Below the pieces are notes generated by a model. That model made no database searches and was not told the DNA's origin. It worked only from the letters and a program-made list of their open reading frames with translations. Shown piece after piece: positions 22,446 to 32,072 of a stretch of 64,000 nt of DNA (its first letter is position 1; the number at the start of each line of letters is the position of its first letter). This DNA comes from Terricaulis sp. (GTDB lineage: Bacteria; Pseudomonadota; Alphaproteobacteria; Caulobacterales; Aquidulcibacteraceae): NCBI GenBank assembly GCA_047601265.1, contig JASGJR010000001.1, positions 500,802 to 564,801 on the forward strand, read 5' to 3'. The position numbers and the translations under genes are program-made.

Positions 22446-22730
22446 ATGGTCGTCCCCGGTCTCGCTTTTGTCCTGTTCATGCTCGCCGGCGCCGTGGCGA
22501 TCGTGACTGCGGTCGTTTGGCAAATGCGGCTGATGCGCGCCGGTGGTCTCAGCGGCAGAGACGCACTTCCGGCAGCGCCGTTCAGCGTGAAAAGCTTCAA
22601 CGAAATGCAGGCGCGTATGGCGACGCTGCGCGCGCAAGTGGAATGGAAACGGATGCGCCTCCTGCTGTGGGCGGGGGCATTCCTGACGATGTTGGGCGCG
22701 CTTATGCTGCTACCTGACGTGCTGCGATAG
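22446..22730 (+). CDS. small membrane protein (94 aa, 2 TM) inside pdh operon
   Basis: Starts 3 nt after the pdhA stop. It has two hydrophobic helices and no recognised family. Confidence 0.5.
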   Translation: MVVPGLAFVLFMLAGAVAIVTAVVWQMRLMRAGGLSGRDALPAAPFSVKSFNEMQARMATLRAQVEWKRMRLLLWAGAFLTMLGALMLLPDVLR

Positions 22731-22736
22731 GGGGAA

Positions 22737-23138
22737 GTGATGACGGTTGAACTTACGATGCTGGCCTACGCGACTGCTCTGCTGGTCGTGCTGGTGCTCT
22801 TTCAAGCTACTGTCGGCGTGCAGTCCAAAGGTCTCGTGCCGCTAGCCAACAATCGCGACGATGTCGGCGCGGCCACCGGCTTTCACGCGCGCATGCTTCG
22901 TGTGGTCGACAATCACCGCGAAGGCTTGACCATGTTTGCGCCGGTGATCCTGGTCGCCGCCGTCGCCAATCTCGACAATTCCTACACCGCAGTGGGCGCG
23001 CAACTCTTCTTCTGGGGCCGCCTCGTGCACGCCATTCTTTACGTCGCCGGCGTCCCGATGGTGCGGCCACTCGCTTGGGCAGTTGGTCTCGTCGGCACGG
23101 TGATGGTTCTGCTTGTTGATCTCGGGATCCTCCACTGA
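22737..23138 (+). CDS. MAPEG family membrane protein
   Basis: ~130 aa with 4 hydrophobic helices. The N.RDD...H.R....NH.E pattern (LANNRDDVG...[16 protein letters not shown]) is typical of bacterial MAPEG. Its stop overlaps the pdhB ATG. Confidence 0.65.
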   Translation: MMTVELTMLAYATALLVVLVLFQATVGVQSKGLVPLANNRDDVGAATGFHARMLRVVDNHREGLTMFAPVILVAAVANLDNSYTAVGAQLFFWGRLVHAILYVAGVPMVRPLAWAVGLVGTVMVLLVDLGILH

Positions 23139-24502
23139 TGAGCCAAATCCTCATGCCCGCGCTGTCTCCGACGATGGAGGAGGGCAATCTCGCGAAGTGG
23201 CTGGTGAAACCGGGCGACAAGATCGAGCCGGGCCAGGTGATCGCCGAGATCGAGACCGACAAAGCGACAATGGAAGTCGAAGCCGTTGACGAAGGCACCA
23301 TCGGCGAACTGCTCGTCGCCGAAGGCGCCCAGGGCGTGAAGGTGAACACGCCGATCGCAACTCTGACAAACGGCAGCGGCGCGCAAGCAACAGCGCAGCA
23401 GTCCAAACCTGCGCCACAGCCGCAAATGCGCGACGAACCGGTGAAAACCGCGCGGCCCGAACCGACGAAGGCCGCCACGCCAGAGCCGAAGCAAGACCCG
23501 GACATTCCGGCCGGCACGAAGCTGATCAGAGTCACGCTGCGCGACGCGCTGCGTGACGCGATGGCGGAGGAGATGCGCCGCGATCCGAATGTCTTCCTGA
23601 TGGGCGAAGAGGTGGCGCAATATCAAGGCGCTTACAAAGTCAGCCGCGAATTGCTGCAGGAATTCGGGCCCGAGCGCGTCGTAGACACGCCCATCACCGA
23701 GCACGGCTTCGCAGGGCTTGGCGTGGGCGCAGCAATGGCGGGCCTGAAGCCGATTATGGAATTCATGACCTGGAATTTCGCAATGCAAGCGATCGATCAG
23801 ATCATCAATTCCGCCGCCAAGACGCTCTACATGTCGGGTGGTCAGATCAAATCATCGATCGTCTTCCGCGGCCCCAACGGCGCAGCCTCGCGCGTCGGCG
23901 CCCAGCACAGCCAAGATTATTCGTCCTGGTACTCGCACGTGCCGGGCTTGATCGTCATCGCCCCCTATGACGCCGCCGACGCCAAGGGGCTTCTCAAGTC
24001 CGCTATTCGCAATCCGAATCCAGTCGTCTTCCTGGAGCATGAAATGCTCTACGGCCACGAGTTTGAAATTCCGGATGTGAAAGACTGGCTCGTGCCGATC
24101 GGCAAAGCCAAAGTGCGCCGCGAAGGACGCGACGTTACGATTACGGCGCATTCCCGTATGGTAGCGCACGCACTGAAGGCCGCCGAAGAATTGGAGAAGG
24201 ACGGCATCGACGCCGAGGTGATCGACCTGCGCACGCTTCGCCCTCTCGATACCGCGACTATCGTTGCAAGCGTGAAGAAGACCAATCGCTTGGTCACGGT
24301 AGAAGAGGGCTGGGGCCAGTCCGGCGTTGGCGCTGAGGTTGCCGCACGGGTGGTGAGCGAGGCGTTTGACTATCTCGACGCACCGCCCACACGTGTGCAT
24401 CAGGTGGATGCGCCGCTCGCCTACGCGGCCAACCTCGAGGCGCTTGCATTGCCGAGCGTCGAGAAGGTGATCGATGCGGTTAAAGCGGTGACGTATCGGT
24501 GA
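23138..24502 (+). CDS. pdhB: pyruvate dehydrogenase E1 beta subunit with N-terminal lipoyl domain
   Basis: Lipoyl motif [13 protein letters not shown], an Ala/Pro linker, then a transketolase-like E1 beta core ([18 protein letters not shown]). Confidence 0.95.
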   Translation: MSQILMPALSPTMEEGNLAKWLVKPGDKIEPGQVIAEIETDKATMEVEAVDEGTIGELLVAEGAQGVKVNTPIATLTNGSGAQATAQQSKPAPQPQMRDEPVKTARPEPTKAATPEPKQDPDIPAGTKLIRVTLRDALRDAMAEEMRRDPNVFLMGEEVAQYQGAYKVSRELLQEFGPERVVDTPITEHGFAGLGVGAAMAGLKPIMEFMTWNFAMQAIDQIINSAAKTLYMSGGQIKSSIVFRGPNGAASRVGAQHSQDYSSWYSHVPGLIVIAPYDAADAKGLLKSAIRNPNPVVFLEHEMLYGHEFEIPDVKDWLVPIGKAKVRREGRDVTITAHSRMVAHALKAAEELEKDGIDAEVIDLRTLRPLDTATIVASVKKTNRLVTVEEGWGQSGVGAEVAARVVSEAFDYLDAPPTRVHQVDAPLAYAANLEALALPSVEKVIDAVKAVTYR

Positions 24503-24915
24503 TCTATCGGGGCGCTTGCCATTGCGGCGCCGTGAGCGCCACCTATGAAACGAGCGCGCCTGTTCGTTTGCGTCATGACGGGTGCTCGTTTTGCGCATCT
24601 CGCGGCGTGAAATCCGCGAGCGATGTGAACGGCAGGTTGACGCTCGCGAGTGCGCACAAGCTCACGCGTTATCGGTTCGCACACAAAACGGCGGACTTTT
24701 TGATTTGCCCTGCCTGCGGAACGTACGTCGCGACAGCGATGGATGGCCCGCGCGGCGCGGTGGGGGTGATCAATGTTGTGGGATTACAGATCCTGGAGCT
24801 CAAAGACGAATCCGTCACGACCGCCAGGCTGGACGGTGAAAGCGCCGGGGATCGCATTGCGCGCCGCCTTTCGCGCTGGACGCCGATGACATTGACCGAG
24901 GGGGCGGGGACATGA
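24499..24915 (+). CDS. GFA / CENP-V family (glutathione-dependent formaldehyde-activating-like) Cys-rich protein
   Basis: CHCGAV...CSFC...CPACG cysteine pattern. The GTG start overlaps the pdhB stop (GTGA). Confidence 0.6.
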   Translation: MIYRGACHCGAVSATYETSAPVRLRHDGCSFCASRGVKSASDVNGRLTLASAHKLTRYRFAHKTADFLICPACGTYVATAMDGPRGAVGVINVVGLQILELKDESVTTARLDGESAGDRIARRLSRWTPMTLTEGAGT

Positions 24916-25379
24916 GCGAAGGCGAAGTCGTCCAGCAATTGGTGGAGTTCACCAACATACTGCTTGCAGGGGTCGGTCTCATCTTCTCGATCGTCTCGGC
25001 ATATGTTGTCGCGCTCAACTATTTCATCGGCGAAGCCAATTTCATGGCGCGCCTGTCAAGCTTTCTGTTCATGTCACTAGTCTTGGGTATGTTGATGGTC
25101 GTCCTGATGGGCGCGCAGGCAACGCACGGCGGTCTCATCGCACGGCTCATCGAATTGCAGCAGCAAGGCCAACTCACCGCAGCTGGCAAAGCGTTTATAG
25201 CGAACGCACAGCCCGAATGGGTCGGCGCGGTCACGCATCACCGATACAGCATCGACGACATCGTCAATCTCTGTGTTTGGGGCGGTTTGGGCTTTGTCTA
25301 TGCCGGCCTTGCCTATCTCACGTTCCTCCACAGATGGACGCCTGACGTCGTCAACGTCGCGCTTGAGAAAAATAGATGA
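24912..25379 (+). CDS. hypothetical membrane protein (155 aa) inside pdh operon
   Basis: ATGA overlaps occur at both ends. It has 3-4 hydrophobic helices and no recognised family. Confidence 0.5.
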   Translation: MSEGEVVQQLVEFTNILLAGVGLIFSIVSAYVVALNYFIGEANFMARLSSFLFMSLVLGMLMVVLMGAQATHGGLIARLIELQQQGQLTAAGKAFIANAQPEWVGAVTHHRYSIDDIVNLCVWGGLGFVYAGLAYLTFLHRWTPDVVNVALEKNR

Positions 25380-26665
25380 GCAGCAACATCACCATGCCTG
25401 CGCTTTCTCCTACGATGGAGGAGGGCAATCTCGCGAAGTGGCACGTGAAAGCCGGCGACCGCATCGAACCCGGCCAGGTCATTGCGGAGATCGAGACTGA
25501 CAAAGCGACGATGGAAGTCGAAGCTGTCGACGAAGGCGAGATCGGCGAAATTCTGGTGCCGGAAGGGACGCAGGGTGTGAAAGTGAACACACCGATCGCC
25601 ACCTTGAAAGGCGAGGGCGCGGGGTCGAAACCAGCGCCACGTGCACAGACGCCGGTTGCTGAAGCGCGCAAGGCACCCACGGCGGCAGCGCGAGCGGATA
25701 CATCGCGTCCGCCTCAGAACGGCAGCCGTATCTTCGCGTCGCCGCTAGCGCGGCGTCTTGCCGAGCAGGGCGGCATCGACCTGAAAGGTCTCCGCGGCTC
25801 CGGTCCGCACGGCCGTATTGTCAAAACTGATGTAGAGGCCGCGCTGCAAGGCCCGGCGCAACAAACCTCACAGGCGACTCGACAAGAGTCCCGCGCGCTT
25901 TCAACGCAGAGCGTCCAAACCGAACAACGCGCGCCAGCGCCATTCAAAACGCTGGAGAGCTACGGGATTCGCCAGGGGAGCTATGATCTCGTGCCGTTGG
26001 ACCTGATGCGGAAAACTATCGCGCGCCGCATGACGGATTCCTTCCGCGATGTTCCGCATTTCCCGCTGACGATCGACATCGAGATCGACGGCCTGCTGAA
26101 AGCACGCGGAGAGATCAACAAACGCTTCGCCGACAAGGGCGTAAAAATCTCGGTCAACGACTTGTGCATCAAGGCGGCGGCCTTGGCTCTAAAGATCGTG
26201 CCGGAGGCCAATGCCAGCTACACGCCGGACGGCATCGCGCAGCATCACCACGCGGATATCGCGGTCGCGGTGGCCGTGCCCCACGGCCTGATCACGCCGA
26301 TCATCTGGGCTGCGGAAACCAAAGGCCTTGCGCAAATCTCGCACGAGATGGCCGATCTCGCGGAGCGCGCCAAAAACAAGAAGTTGAAACCGGAAGAATA
26401 CCAAGGCGGCACGTTCTCGATCTCCAACATGGGCATGATGGGCATCAAGAGTTTCGCCTCGATCATCAACGAGCCGCATGGGATGATCATGTCGATCGGC
26501 GCGGGCGAGAAGCGGCCTGTGGTGAAGAACGACGCACTGGCGATCGCGACGTTGATGACAGTGACTGTTACTTGCGATCACCGTGTCGTTGACGGCGCGC
26601 TCGGCGCGGCCTTCCTCAAGGCATTCAAGAGCTTCCTCGAAGACCCGATGGCGATGTTGTTGTAG
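25376..26665 (+). CDS. pdhC: dihydrolipoamide acetyltransferase (PDH E2)
   Basis: A lipoyl domain ([13 protein letters not shown]), a peripheral-subunit-binding domain (ASPLARRLAEQGGIDL) and a catalytic domain (DHRVVDGA) are present. Confidence 0.95.
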   Translation: MSSNITMPALSPTMEEGNLAKWHVKAGDRIEPGQVIAEIETDKATMEVEAVDEGEIGEILVPEGTQGVKVNTPIATLKGEGAGSKPAPRAQTPVAEARKAPTAAARADTSRPPQNGSRIFASPLARRLAEQGGIDLKGLRGSGPHGRIVKTDVEAALQGPAQQTSQATRQESRALSTQSVQTEQRAPAPFKTLESYGIRQGSYDLVPLDLMRKTIARRMTDSFRDVPHFPLTIDIEIDGLLKARGEINKRFADKGVKISVNDLCIKAAALALKIVPEANASYTPDGIAQHHHADIAVAVAVPHGLITPIIWAAETKGLAQISHEMADLAERAKNKKLKPEEYQGGTFSISNMGMMGIKSFASIINEPHGMIMSIGAGEKRPVVKNDALAIATLMTVTVTCDHRVVDGALGAAFLKAFKSFLEDPMAMLL

Positions 26666-26820
26666 TTCTTAAAGCTGCACTGCGCTGTCACGTTGCCGAC
26701 TTGGTTCCTCGTTCTCGGAAGTTTCACGCGGGAACAAGTGAACCAACCGCGCGCCGAGCGGTTGATCTCCGTCACGTTACGCCGGCCCTCTCGCCGGCTC
26801 TCTTGCATGAGGAGACCAGA

Positions 26821-27468
26821 ATGAAGAAACTGCTTCTTGCGGCGGCGGCAACGGCTGCGTTTGCGATTTCTGCACCGGCGTTCGCGCAACTTGGTGGGGT
26901 CGTCGGCGGCACAACGGGCCAAGTTACCGGACAAGCCTCTACGCAGATGAGCACCGCGCCGCTCACGAATGGCGCCGCCAACGCAGCCGATCAGACAACC
27001 CACCGCGCAACGTCCGCTGCGAATAGGGCCCGGGCCACTGCGCAAGCCAATACGCCCACTCAGACGGCTGGCGCGGTGAATGGCGATGTTGCGACGCCAG
27101 CCGGCGATGCTCAGACTTCGAGCGCAGCGCAGGTCCCGGCGCCGGACACCAGCGCCGCAAATAGCGCGGCCACTGACGCAACTCAAACGGCCACCAATAC
27201 GGAGCAAGGCGTCAGCAGCGCGGTGCGCAGCACTGGTGCGAGCGGCAACGCGGGCGCAAGTGCAAACATGCAAGCCGACAACTCCGGACCAAGCACAAAC
27301 GCCGGCCCTTCCGGTTCTGGCCAGGTGGCGGTGAACACCAACTTGCCGCCGCAAGTTCAAGATGTCGTACGCCGCGGCCACTACACGACAGCGGACCTGA
27401 ACCGCGCCCAAGCGCAGGCCGCTCAAGCGCAAGCGGGCGCGTCAGTGAGCTCCAGTCAACCGGGCTAA
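26821..27468 (+). CDS. secreted low-complexity (Ala/Thr/Gln/Asn/Ser-rich) protein
   Basis: Signal peptide MKKLLLAAAATAAFAISAPAFA. The remainder looks compositionally biased and disordered. Confidence 0.5.
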   Translation: MKKLLLAAAATAAFAISAPAFAQLGGVVGGTTGQVTGQASTQMSTAPLTNGAANAADQTTHRATSAANRARATAQANTPTQTAGAVNGDVATPAGDAQTSSAAQVPAPDTSAANSAATDATQTATNTEQGVSSAVRSTGASGNAGASANMQADNSGPSTNAGPSGSGQVAVNTNLPPQVQDVVRRGHYTTADLNRAQAQAAQAQAGASVSSSQPG

Positions 27469-27490
27469 ATCTCGCGCGTTCCGAGTTGGC

Positions 27491-27525
27491 GGCGAGGCTC
27501 CTTTGGAGTCTCGCCGCTTTTGTTT
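27491..27525 (+). terminator. rho-independent terminator
   Basis: GGCGAGGCTCC-ttt-GGAGTCTCGCC (11 bp with one G-T pair) is followed by GCTTTTGTTT. It begins 23 nt after the stop at 27468. Confidence 0.7.
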
Positions 27526-27582
27526 GGCAGCCGCGACCACGGTGTTAAGCTCGCGCAGCGTTGATCGGCTTTGGGGGCGAGC

Positions 27583-28056
27583 ATGGCGATGATCTTGACG
27601 GTCACCGTGGCAATGATGGCCACGGTAGGGTTTTGGTTCTTACTGGCGGTGGGGCTGGAGTTCGCATCCGTCTATGCCGAACAAGCCGGCGCGGTACACA
27701 AACCCGAGGGCGAAGCGGCAAAACGCGAAGGCTTCGGCGGTTTCGCACTGGCGCTCACCACGACGCTGACACCAGCCTTTCTCTTCCTACACGGCTTCTT
27801 CCTGACCGCCGCAAGCGCGTTGCCTGTGCGCATCGCCGCGTTGGGCGCTGTTGTCGCCGCAGTCTTGCTCGGCGCCATCATTGGCCGCCTGGTTGGCATG
27901 GGCTGGAAGAGCGGAGCTGGTGTAATGCGTGCGCTGGCGTTGCCGCTCGGTCTGATCGCGTTCGTCATCGCGATCTACGCTTGCCGACCCAGCCTGGAAG
28001 CGTTGATCGATCTCTTCCAAGGTCGCGCTATTCTGCTGCCGGTGCTGCCCGTCTAA
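27583..28056 (+). CDS. hypothetical membrane protein (~157 aa)
   Basis: Four or five hydrophobic helices. ATG 27583 is preferred to TTG 27571. Confidence 0.45.
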   Translation: MAMILTVTVAMMATVGFWFLLAVGLEFASVYAEQAGAVHKPEGEAAKREGFGGFALALTTTLTPAFLFLHGFFLTAASALPVRIAALGAVVAAVLLGAIIGRLVGMGWKSGAGVMRALALPLGLIAFVIAIYACRPSLEALIDLFQGRAILLPVLPV

Positions 28057-28937
28057 GCCGCTTGACCAGCCTGACGGAGCTTCTTGGTGACCATTACGCC
28101 AAGTTGTTGCGTCACCGTTTGACGCAATTCCATTTGTGAGTTCGGCAGTTCGGCGAGCTGCAAGATCGTATCGAGGTGCGCCTGCACCACGTCGCGGTTC
28201 ATCACCGTGCCCGCGCCGACGCCCTTGAGATAATTGAACAGGGACGAGGTCGCCGACTCCAGTTGGCGATCACGCATGTCGGACGCCAGCGCACTGAGTT
28301 GACCGCAGGTCAGACAAAGTTCGCGCATCGCTTCGCGGTCGCTCGCGCCATCGATCATCGTCGAAATGCGTTCGACATACATCCGGGCCAATCCCTTGCG
28401 AATCTGCACGTCGGGCGCGTCCGCGGATTTGTCCGCTTGGTCGAATAGGCGCCGGCGTGGCCCCTCGTATTCGGCGCCGGGACGGCGGCGGCGGCGATCG
28501 GGCCCGACGTAGTGCGCGCTCTCGATGAATTCGCGCCGATTGTTCCTCACCTCGCTGATCTTGCCGATCAGCGTGGCGGTGGAGAACGGGCGGAGCACTA
28601 ACTCGTCAACACCTGCGTTGCGCGCGCGCTCGGCGTGCGCGGCGGTGTTATGTTGGGTCACCATGATCATCGGCAGACGCCGCGTCACATCGCCGGCCTC
28701 ACCGCCGCGAAGCCGCCGCGCCAGCGAAAGTCCGGTTCCGCCATCGATGTCGTCGTCGAAGACTATGGCGGTAGGTTCGAAATAGGTGAGGGCAAGCAGG
28801 CATTGCTCGATGTTTTCGGAATATCCGATTTCAACGCGGCCCAGAGCGCGCAACGCTTCGGCGATCAAACGCCGCTGGAATGGCCGATGATCGACAACCA
28901 GCACTCGAAGGATTGCCTCTTCGGCAGCTTCGCCCAT
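28053..28937 (-). CDS. atypical response-regulator receiver protein with C-terminal helical domain
   Basis: REC fold (VLVVDH...AIVFDDD...IMVTQ...LVLRPF). The GPDRRRR motif and ~130 aa of helical sequence follow. Confidence 0.7.
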   Translation of the reverse strand: MGEAAEEAILRVLVVDHRPFQRRLIAEALRALGRVEIGYSENIEQCLLALTYFEPTAIVFDDDIDGGTGLSLARRLRGGEAGDVTRRLPMIMVTQHNTAAHAERARNAGVDELVLRPFSTATLIGKISEVRNNRREFIESAHYVGPDRRRRRPGAEYEGPRRRLFDQADKSADAPDVQIRKGLARMYVERISTMIDGASDREAMRELCLTCGQLSALASDMRDRQLESATSSLFNYLKGVGAGTVMNRDVVQAHLDTILQLAELPNSQMELRQTVTQQLGVMVTKKLRQAGQAA

Positions 28938-29047
28938 TACCCAACACCCGAAACGCGGAAATGAGCTTAATGGCGGAGCCTTAATATTTGCGGTAATCCT
29001 GGGTACGTTACTGCGTCAAAAAACAGTGAATCGGTTAAGCCGCATCA

Positions 29048-29689
29048 ATGCTTTCGTTGCTCCTGGCGTCCTTTGTCACCTTCTTCGTCGCTATAGATCC
29101 GGTAGCCATGGCGCCGATGTTCGCGACCATGACGGCGAACATGCACAAGGACTGGCGCACCTACATGGCGTGGAAATCGATCGCCATCGCGACCGGCATC
29201 CTGTTGGCTTTCGCGTTTGGCGGCGCGTGGTTGTTGGAGAACCTCGGCGTCACCATTGACGCCTTCCGCATCGCGGGCGGCTTGTTGCTGTTTTTGATTG
29301 CCGTCGACATGCTGTTCGAGAAGCGCAGTGAGAGGCGCGAAGAACGCGCTGAGGCTGTTGCGGCCGAGCAGGCACGGCACCCGCAACACCAGGACGACAT
29401 TTCGGTGTTTCCGCTGGCGATTCCGCTGATCTCCGGGCCCGGCGCCATCGCCTCCATCATGTTGTTCTTTGCGCAACACCAAGGCGTGGTGGAGCGCGCG
29501 GCGATCCTTTCAGGGATGGCGATCAATCTGGCCCTCTGCCTGATCGCCTTCTTGTTGGCGGACCCGCTGTCCAAGCTGATGGGGCAGACGGTGGCGGCGA
29601 TGCTGACGCGCATCTTCGGCATTCTCTTGGCGGCGCTTGCGGCGCAGTTCGTCGTGGACGGCATCAAGAATGCGTTCGGAATAGGCTAG
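29048..29689 (+). CDS. MarC / UPF0056 family membrane protein
   Basis: FVTFFVAIDPVAMAPMF is the MarC-family N-terminal signature. About 6 TM helices. Confidence 0.8.
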   Translation: MLSLLLASFVTFFVAIDPVAMAPMFATMTANMHKDWRTYMAWKSIAIATGILLAFAFGGAWLLENLGVTIDAFRIAGGLLLFLIAVDMLFEKRSERREERAEAVAAEQARHPQHQDDISVFPLAIPLISGPGAIASIMLFFAQHQGVVERAAILSGMAINLALCLIAFLLADPLSKLMGQTVAAMLTRIFGILLAALAAQFVVDGIKNAFGIG

Positions 29690-29744
29690 CCGCTGGCCGA
29701 AAACCTGTCTGGAAGATGCCGGCGCAAGTCGCTAGATCAGCGCC

Positions 29745-31154
29745 ATGGCAGATATGTTCGACGTCATCGTTATCGGTTCTGGCCCCGGCGGCTATGTGAC
29801 CGCGATCCGCTCCGCGCAGCTTGGCTTCAAGACGGCAATCGTCGAGCGTGACAAGCTGGGCGGCATTTGCCTCAACTGGGGTTGCATCCCAACGAAGGCG
29901 CTGCTGCGGTCCGCGGAAGTTTATCGCAATATGCAGCACGCGAAAGACTTTGGTCTTTCGGTTGAAGGCTTGAGCTTCAACAGTGAAGCGGTGGTGAAGC
30001 GTTCGCGCGGTGTTTCGGACCGGCTGTCGAAAGGCGTCGGCTTCCTCATGAAGAAACATAAGATCATCGTGATCGAAGGCGAAGCGAAGCTGGAGCAGGG
30101 AAGTACTGCGCCAAAAGTGATCGTCAAAGGCAAGGATGGCAAAGATTCCAACTACGATGCCAAACACGTCATCCTCGCGACCGGGGCCCGCGCGCGCGAA
30201 ATTCCCGCGGCGGGGCTCAAGAGCGACGGCAAACGCATTTGGACGTATCGCGAGGCGATGACGCCGCCGGAATGGCCGGAGTCACTTCTGGTATTTGGCT
30301 CGGGCGCAATCGGCATTGAGTTCGCGTCGTTCTATGCAGCGTTCGGCGTGAAGGTGACGGTGGTTGAGCTGCTCGACCGCATCTTGCCGGTCGAGGACGA
30401 GGAAATCTCCGCCTTCGCGCGCAAGCGCTTCGAAAAGGAAGGTCTAAAGTTGCTGACCTCCACCGAGGCCAAATCACTGAAAGCCACAGAAGGCGGGGTC
30501 GAAGCGGAAGTCGTCGCAAATGGGAAGACCGAAACGCTCACCGCGTCGCACGCTATCGTTGCCGTCGGCATCGCCGGGAATGTCGAAAACCTTGGGCTGG
30601 AAGCGCTCGGCTGCAAAGCCGAGCGCGGCCACATCGTCACTGATGGGCATGGCAAGACCAATGTGCCGGGGCTCTATGCCATCGGCGACGTTACCGGCGC
30701 GCCATGGCTAGCGCACAAAGCCAGCCACGAAGGCATCATCTGCGTCGAGGCCATCGCCGGGCAAGATCCGCATCCGATGATCAAGGAACGCATTCCTGGC
30801 TGCACGTACTCGCATCCGCAGATCGCCAGCGTCGGCCTCACGGAAGCCAAGGCGAAGGCTGCGGGGCGCGAAATCCGCGTTGGACGGTTTCCATTTGTCG
30901 GCAACGGCAAAGCTATCGCGCTTGGCGAAGATCAGGGCATGGTGAAGGTCGTCTTCGACGCCAAAACTGGCGAACTGCTGGGCGCACACATGGTTGGCGC
31001 GGAGGTGACTGAGTTGATTCAGGGCTACGCGGTGGCGATGCAGGCGGAGGTCACAGAGCGCGAACTGATGGACACGGTCTTCCCGCATCCGACGCTGAGC
31101 GAAATGATGCATGAAGCCGTGCTCGATGCGTACGGACGCGTGCTACACATCTAG
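29745..31154 (+). CDS. lpdA: dihydrolipoyl dehydrogenase (E3)
   Basis: GSGPGGY FAD motif, redox-active GGICLNWGCIPTK and C-terminal HPTLSE are present. Confidence 0.95.
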   Translation: MADMFDVIVIGSGPGGYVTAIRSAQLGFKTAIVERDKLGGICLNWGCIPTKALLRSAEVYRNMQHAKDFGLSVEGLSFNSEAVVKRSRGVSDRLSKGVGFLMKKHKIIVIEGEAKLEQGSTAPKVIVKGKDGKDSNYDAKHVILATGARAREIPAAGLKSDGKRIWTYREAMTPPEWPESLLVFGSGAIGIEFASFYAAFGVKVTVVELLDRILPVEDEEISAFARKRFEKEGLKLLTSTEAKSLKATEGGVEAEVVANGKTETLTASHAIVAVGIAGNVENLGLEALGCKAERGHIVTDGHGKTNVPGLYAIGDVTGAPWLAHKASHEGIICVEAIAGQDPHPMIKERIPGCTYSHPQIASVGLTEAKAKAAGREIRVGRFPFVGNGKAIALGEDQGMVKVVFDAKTGELLGAHMVGAEVTELIQGYAVAMQAEVTERELMDTVFPHPTLSEMMHEAVLDAYGRVLHI

Positions 31155-31163
31155 GAGGCGCTG

Positions 31164-31571
31164 ATGGCGCAGCGCATGCCTACAACAGTCGCCGCAGTGT
31201 TTCGCGCGGCGCCAGTCGGGGCGCGCGCACGCATGTCTGCGCTGCGCGACTTGATTCTGGATACCGCCGCGGCGCTGGAGCTTGGCGCCGTCGAAGAGAC
31301 GCTGAAGTGGGGCGAGCCGGCTTATCTTGTGGATGGCGGCAGCCCGGTGCGGCTCGGCTGGAAGGCGAGGGCGCCGGACGAGGTTGCAATGTATTTCATT
31401 TGCACAACCAACTTGGTCGATTACTTTCGTGAGCTGTATCCGGTGCAGTTTCGTTTTGCTGGCAACCGCGCGCTTGTGTTTGATTTGAGGTCACGCCTGC
31501 CGACACGCGCGCTGATGCACTGCATCGAGCTGGCGTTCACTTACCATAGGAAGCGAACGCGCTTGTTGTGA
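31164..31571 (+). CDS. DUF1801 (YdhG-like) domain protein
   Basis: LKWGEPAYLVDG...FAGNRALVF pattern. Assignment is by eye. Confidence 0.5.
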   Translation: MAQRMPTTVAAVFRAAPVGARARMSALRDLILDTAAALELGAVEETLKWGEPAYLVDGGSPVRLGWKARAPDEVAMYFICTTNLVDYFRELYPVQFRFAGNRALVFDLRSRLPTRALMHCIELAFTYHRKRTRLL

Positions 31572-31936
31572 GCGCTCGGCGCTGGGCGGCGCGCAACGCG
31601 GTAAGCTTCGCTGTACGGCCTGTCGAAGCAGGCGATGAGGCCGTCGACGATATCCAAATTCGATGGCCACGTGGCGGTGTGACCTGTACGAGCATGATAG
31701 TGCGCCGCCGCTTCGGCGAACCATGAGGGCATCGGTAGCGCAGCTAACTTAGCGCGCGCGGCCACTAGGTCTTCGCGATTGTGCTCGAGGAACGCGATCG
31801 TGGCTTGCCCGTACAACGCGTCGCTCTCGTCGAACGACACACGCGAGTACTCAAAGAGCCGGATGGCGCGATCCGTTTGTCCCGACGTCGCGCTCAACTG
31901 TGCTTCGTGCCAGTTCAACCCGGTAATGTCCTGCAA
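31541..31936 (-). CDS. hypothetical protein, possibly N-terminally truncated remnant
   Basis: Good third-position GC, but the only start is a TTG and an in-frame stop lies 18 nt upstream. The 3' end overlaps the convergent DUF1801 gene by 31 nt. Confidence 0.35.
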   Translation of the reverse strand: MQDITGLNWHEAQLSATSGQTDRAIRLFEYSRVSFDESDALYGQATIAFLEHNREDLVAARAKLAALPMPSWFAEAAAHYHARTGHTATWPSNLDIVDGLIACFDRPYSEAYRVARRPAPSAHNKRVRFLW

Positions 31937-32072
31937 CTGTTGCCAAAACCAAACTCATGACCTGACCCGAGCCGATTGTCTGGGTTATTTTGCAACCGAA
32001 ATTGCGTGCATTGCTGGACCACATCTGAGGCGGACAGCGTGAATCTGGGCGCCTTTCGTCACCTTGAACTGT

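Noticed and set aside
28967-28984. TTAA-N10-TTAA in the spacer between the response-regulator gene and marC as a CtrA box.
   Set aside because: The CtrA consensus is TTAA-N7-TTAAC, so the spacing here is wrong.
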